Source of the DNA: a virus
DNA length: 64,000 nt
IMG/VR virus record: IMGVR_UViG_3300005590_000001
Location: 96,001 to 160,000 of that record
Reading direction: 5' to 3' (one strand)
This document shows positions 61,421 to 64,000 of this stretch, piece after piece. The position numbers and the translations under genes are program-made. Under the pieces are notes generated by a model. The model was not told the origin of the DNA and made no database searches. It saw only the letters and a program-made list of their open reading frames with translations. Positions within the stretch are counted from its first letter, which is position 1; each line of letters opens with the position of its first letter.

Positions 61421-61893
61421 ATTAATTCTTTCATAAAGTCAGGAGTTTGACCTTGTGGCCAAACCATTTTGATTGATTTAGATTTGTGTCGATAATAATT
61501 TCGATAAGATTCTACCGGACAATCGACCTTAAATTCATCCGGCATTGCCAATGCTGGTTTAGAAGGTTTATTTTCTAGTACAGGACATTTTTTTAATAAT
61601 GATGATAAAGATTCACTCTTGTGTGATTTGCCGTACCTCCATGTATATTCATCGCATAATGCTTCATAATGTTGATAAAGCCAATTGTAATTCTGATGAG
61701 ATTGTCTGACCCAAATAGAACATGGATGATTTATATGTGTTGGTTTGTATAATACATCTAAATAAACAGATTTGAAAACATAATGTGTAGTAGAAAGTAA
61801 TTGAGCACTTTCTAGGATCATTTTTACAACATGTTTATTACATTGATATTCAGCGGCTTTCTGTGGATCGTGATCAAGATAAAAAATATTCAT
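61417..61893 (-). CDS. Pyrimidine-dimer DNA glycosylase / endonuclease V-like
   Basis: MNIFYLD, KHVVKMILESAQLL, H.NHPC..W, EY..RYGK.H. Confidence 0.8.
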   Translation of the reverse strand: MNIFYLDHDPQKAAEYQCNKHVVKMILESAQLLSTTHYVFKSVYLDVLYKPTHINHPCSIWVRQSHQNYNWLYQHYEALCDEYTWRYGKSHKSESLSSLLKKCPVLENKPSKPALAMPDEFKVDCPVESYRNYYRHKSKSIKMVWPQGQTPDFMKELI

Positions 61894-63104
61894 TTAATTT
61901 TTTCAAGTGTATCCTCTAAAGAAGAGCTTTCTAAGCAAATAGTTTGTAAATCAACAATATTAGATATTTTTTCATTATTTATATTATCTAATTTAATTGT
62001 AGCATCCCAAAAATTATTTATATAATTTTGATAATCTTGCAATGTTGGAGATTCCATTTTTATCATAATATCGAATCTACCCCTTCTAACTAAAGCGGGG
62101 TCGAGTTTTTCTGGATGGTTTGTGGTGGCAACAATAATAGTATCGTCTATTGATATTGGACTATCTAAAAATGCTAACAGAGATGCTAAATCAACTCCGT
62201 CTTCTTTAGCTGAATCTCTATTTGCAATACAGATGTCAATATCATCTATAAGAATGACAGAATTATTTGATATGCCATTCATTAAACTTTTAAAATCTTC
62301 TTTACTAATTTCTGGTAAATTAATAACATAAAGATTTCTTTTTAAATAATTAGCTATTGCTTCCGCCATAGAGCTTTTACCCAAACCCGGCGATCCAGAT
62401 ATTAAAATACCCTTCTTATATTTTAAGCCACGTTTTCTATAAATAGATTCTGATTTTTCAAAAGTTTTAAGAGTTTCAATTATATTGTTCTTTTGAACAC
62501 AAAAGATATTTTCGAAACTCTTTATTAATGGTGCTTTACCTGTAATCCAATAATCATGCAAATGAATTTTCATTACTGGTTTACGTTTGACTTTAATATG
62601 AACGCTTTTTTCTACACCCATTTGATGCATAATTTTATTAATAGCTTTTTTTACAAAGAAACCACTAACAATGCATTTTGAAAAATATGCTTTTCCATGT
62701 TCTGCACGATCCAATTTCTCTCTAATACATTGAACCTTAAGAAATCTCCAATTATACCAAATATATATGTAATCGTTATTATTGTCAAATAATGGTTTAT
62801 TATCTTTCGAACTTGTGTAATCCCTACCTTTGCGAGAAAATCTTACAAGAGTATTTTGAAACTTATTACTGTAATTTTCTTCTAACCACTTATAAAAGTA
62901 ATCATAAATTTCATCACTCTCCTCAACAGTTACAGTATAGTAGAAAAGCCTTTTAATTCTAGGCCAAACTACCGCCGGTATCCTTTTTAATGATTGCCAA
63001 ATAGCAGTCAGAATAGCAATAACGACGGCACCTTGTGCAAATTCACTGTTTTGTAAAGATTGTTGTACATACTCAACAATAATATTATAATATTCGGCAA
63101 ACAT
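61890..63104 (-). CDS. BCS1-like membrane-anchored AAA ATPase
   Basis: N-terminal hydrophobic helix, Y..F..WL, Y.KRG..YKKG....G.PG.GKSS, DDID, TTNHPEKLDPALVR.GR.D. Confidence 0.75.
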   Translation of the reverse strand: MFAEYYNIIVEYVQQSLQNSEFAQGAVVIAILTAIWQSLKRIPAVVWPRIKRLFYYTVTVEESDEIYDYFYKWLEENYSNKFQNTLVRFSRKGRDYTSSKDNKPLFDNNNDYIYIWYNWRFLKVQCIREKLDRAEHGKAYFSKCIVSGFFVKKAINKIMHQMGVEKSVHIKVKRKPVMKIHLHDYWITGKAPLIKSFENIFCVQKNNIIETLKTFEKSESIYRKRGLKYKKGILISGSPGLGKSSMAEAIANYLKRNLYVINLPEISKEDFKSLMNGISNNSVILIDDIDICIANRDSAKEDGVDLASLLAFLDSPISIDDTIIVATTNHPEKLDPALVRRGRFDIMIKMESPTLQDYQNYINNFWDATIKLDNINNEKISNIVDLQTICLESSSLEDTLEKIK

Positions 63105-63113
63105 TTTATTCTT

Positions 63114-63677
63114 TCATAATTTATATAATACAGACATAATATTGTCTACACAATTTTTATCACAATTTATACTAGTAAAATTAATATTCATTTCATTTAA
63201 AAGTTCTTTAATCTCCTTATCATACTGTCGTGATAAATCTTCATCTTCATATCGTCCAGCATCACTATAAGGTTTTGTTCTTTCAAGAAAAAAGTGATCA
63301 ACTTTATATCCCTTTTCTTTACAAAATCCATGATGGTTTGCTAACATTTTTAAACTAGTATTATAAGTTTGTTCAAATGGATCATTTTTCATTCCATAGA
63401 AATGAGTAAGAATTAACGGAGAATCCGTAATAATGAAATCAAGATTAGCTTTTATATAAGTACGTTCTTTCATTGCCATTTTAGCAAAGAAATAGGATTG
63501 GTCACCTTCTGTAATTTGCCTACCAGACCACGCCCAATCTTTAACATATTCACGATTCATCTCACATTCGTAACCAGCAAGTTTGAGTTTATAGAATAGT
63601 CCGGCACAAGTAGTACTTTTACCTGTGCCGGGACCACCATACAAGCAAATAATTTTTTTAGTTTTCATCTTAACCAA
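63114..63677 (-). CDS. P-loop kinase (AAA_28/NadR-like)
   Basis: GGPGTGKST, EYVK, ITDSP, Y...GR. Confidence 0.75.
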   Translation of the reverse strand: MVKMKTKKIICLYGGPGTGKSTTCAGLFYKLKLAGYECEMNREYVKDWAWSGRQITEGDQSYFFAKMAMKERTYIKANLDFIITDSPLILTHFYGMKNDPFEQTYNTSLKMLANHHGFCKEKGYKVDHFFLERTKPYSDAGRYEDEDLSRQYDKEIKELLNEMNINFTSINCDKNCVDNIMSVLYKL

Positions 63678-63880
63678 TTAATTCCATGATAGCCTGCAAC
63701 TGTCACAAAGCCTAAATTAAAACCCCAATAAGGTCCATCATAATATCCAGTGTAAAATAAAGGCCACGGTTTGTTCCAACCAAAAACAATCCAAATAGAT
63801 TCCCAAGACTCTCTTTTACCTAAATCATCATCATACTCATTAATATTATATCGTATTTCAAATTCTTTTATGAATTGCAT
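63665..63880 (-). CDS. Small aromatic-rich hypothetical protein
   Basis: Coupled ORF. Confidence 0.5.
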   Translation of the reverse strand: MQFIKEFEIRYNINEYDDDLGKRESWESIWIVFGWNKPWPLFYTGYYDGPYWGFNLGFVTVAGYHGINWLR

Positions 63881-64000
63881 TACAAAAATCCAATCTTACT
63901 TTTGGTTTGATCATTTATAATTTTCAGTTCGTCTTCTGCTAACCATACTTCTTTCATTTCATTAGCATGCCAATAAACACATTTGTATCTAATATTTGAA
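63880..64000 (-). CDS. 3' end of a small protein cut by the window edge
   Basis: ...YKCVYWHANEMKEVWLAEDELKIINDQTKSKIGFL* with TAATG overlap. Confidence 0.55.
   Translation of the reverse strand, partial: SNIRYKCVYWHANEMKEVWLAEDELKIINDQTKSKIGFL

Noticed and set aside
461-62331. Many short alternative-frame or antisense ORFs in the track (e.g. 2315-2704, 16699-17175, 33632-33946, 41982-42353)
   Set aside because: They lie wholly within well-supported genes, have no motifs, and are explained by codon bias of the real frame.
1-64000. Stop-codon reassignment
   Set aside because: Genes are full length and tightly packed in code 11; TAA, TAG and TGA all end genes.
1-64000. tRNA, rRNA or large ncRNA genes
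   Set aside because: No intergenic gap is long enough and no cloverleaf motifs were seen.

Overview
A 64-kb, AT-rich, almost gap-free piece of a large lytic-looking tailed dsDNA phage (Caudoviricetes) with two convergent blocks. The + strand (1-28108) is virion morphogenesis: beta-helix/LamG/fibre-like proteins, putative head-tail joining proteins, tail tube, chaperone candidates, a 2216-aa tape measure protein carrying a HExxH domain, baseplate-like proteins and a very Cys-rich distal protein. The - strand (28105-64000) holds a Rad52/Sak-like annealase, an ~8-kb glycosyl-/methyl-/nucleotidyl-transferase cluster, SSB, and a DnaE (Pol III alpha) split into two separate genes. The C-terminal DnaE gene contains a 126-aa mini-intein, and macrodomain, DEDDh exonuclease and UDG-like genes lie between the halves. 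Further along are nucleotide-metabolism genes, a Cas4-like nuclease, primase, DnaB, RecA, PhoH, a VWA-peptidase/MoxR/two-paralogue module, ATP-dependent ligase, a secreted trypsin-like protease, NUDIX, a DenV-like glycosylase and a BCS1-like AAA ATPase. No capsid, terminase, integrase, tRNA, CRISPR array or reverse transcriptase is visible. The best candidates for new biology are: (1) a virion protein glycosylation system (GT cluster plus Ser-Gly-biased structural proteins, in a genome that still avoids CCWGG); (2) the two-gene DnaE with a minimal intein; (3) the MoxR/VWA/paralogue quartet. All calls come from motif reading and gene order; counts are by hand and no database search was run.
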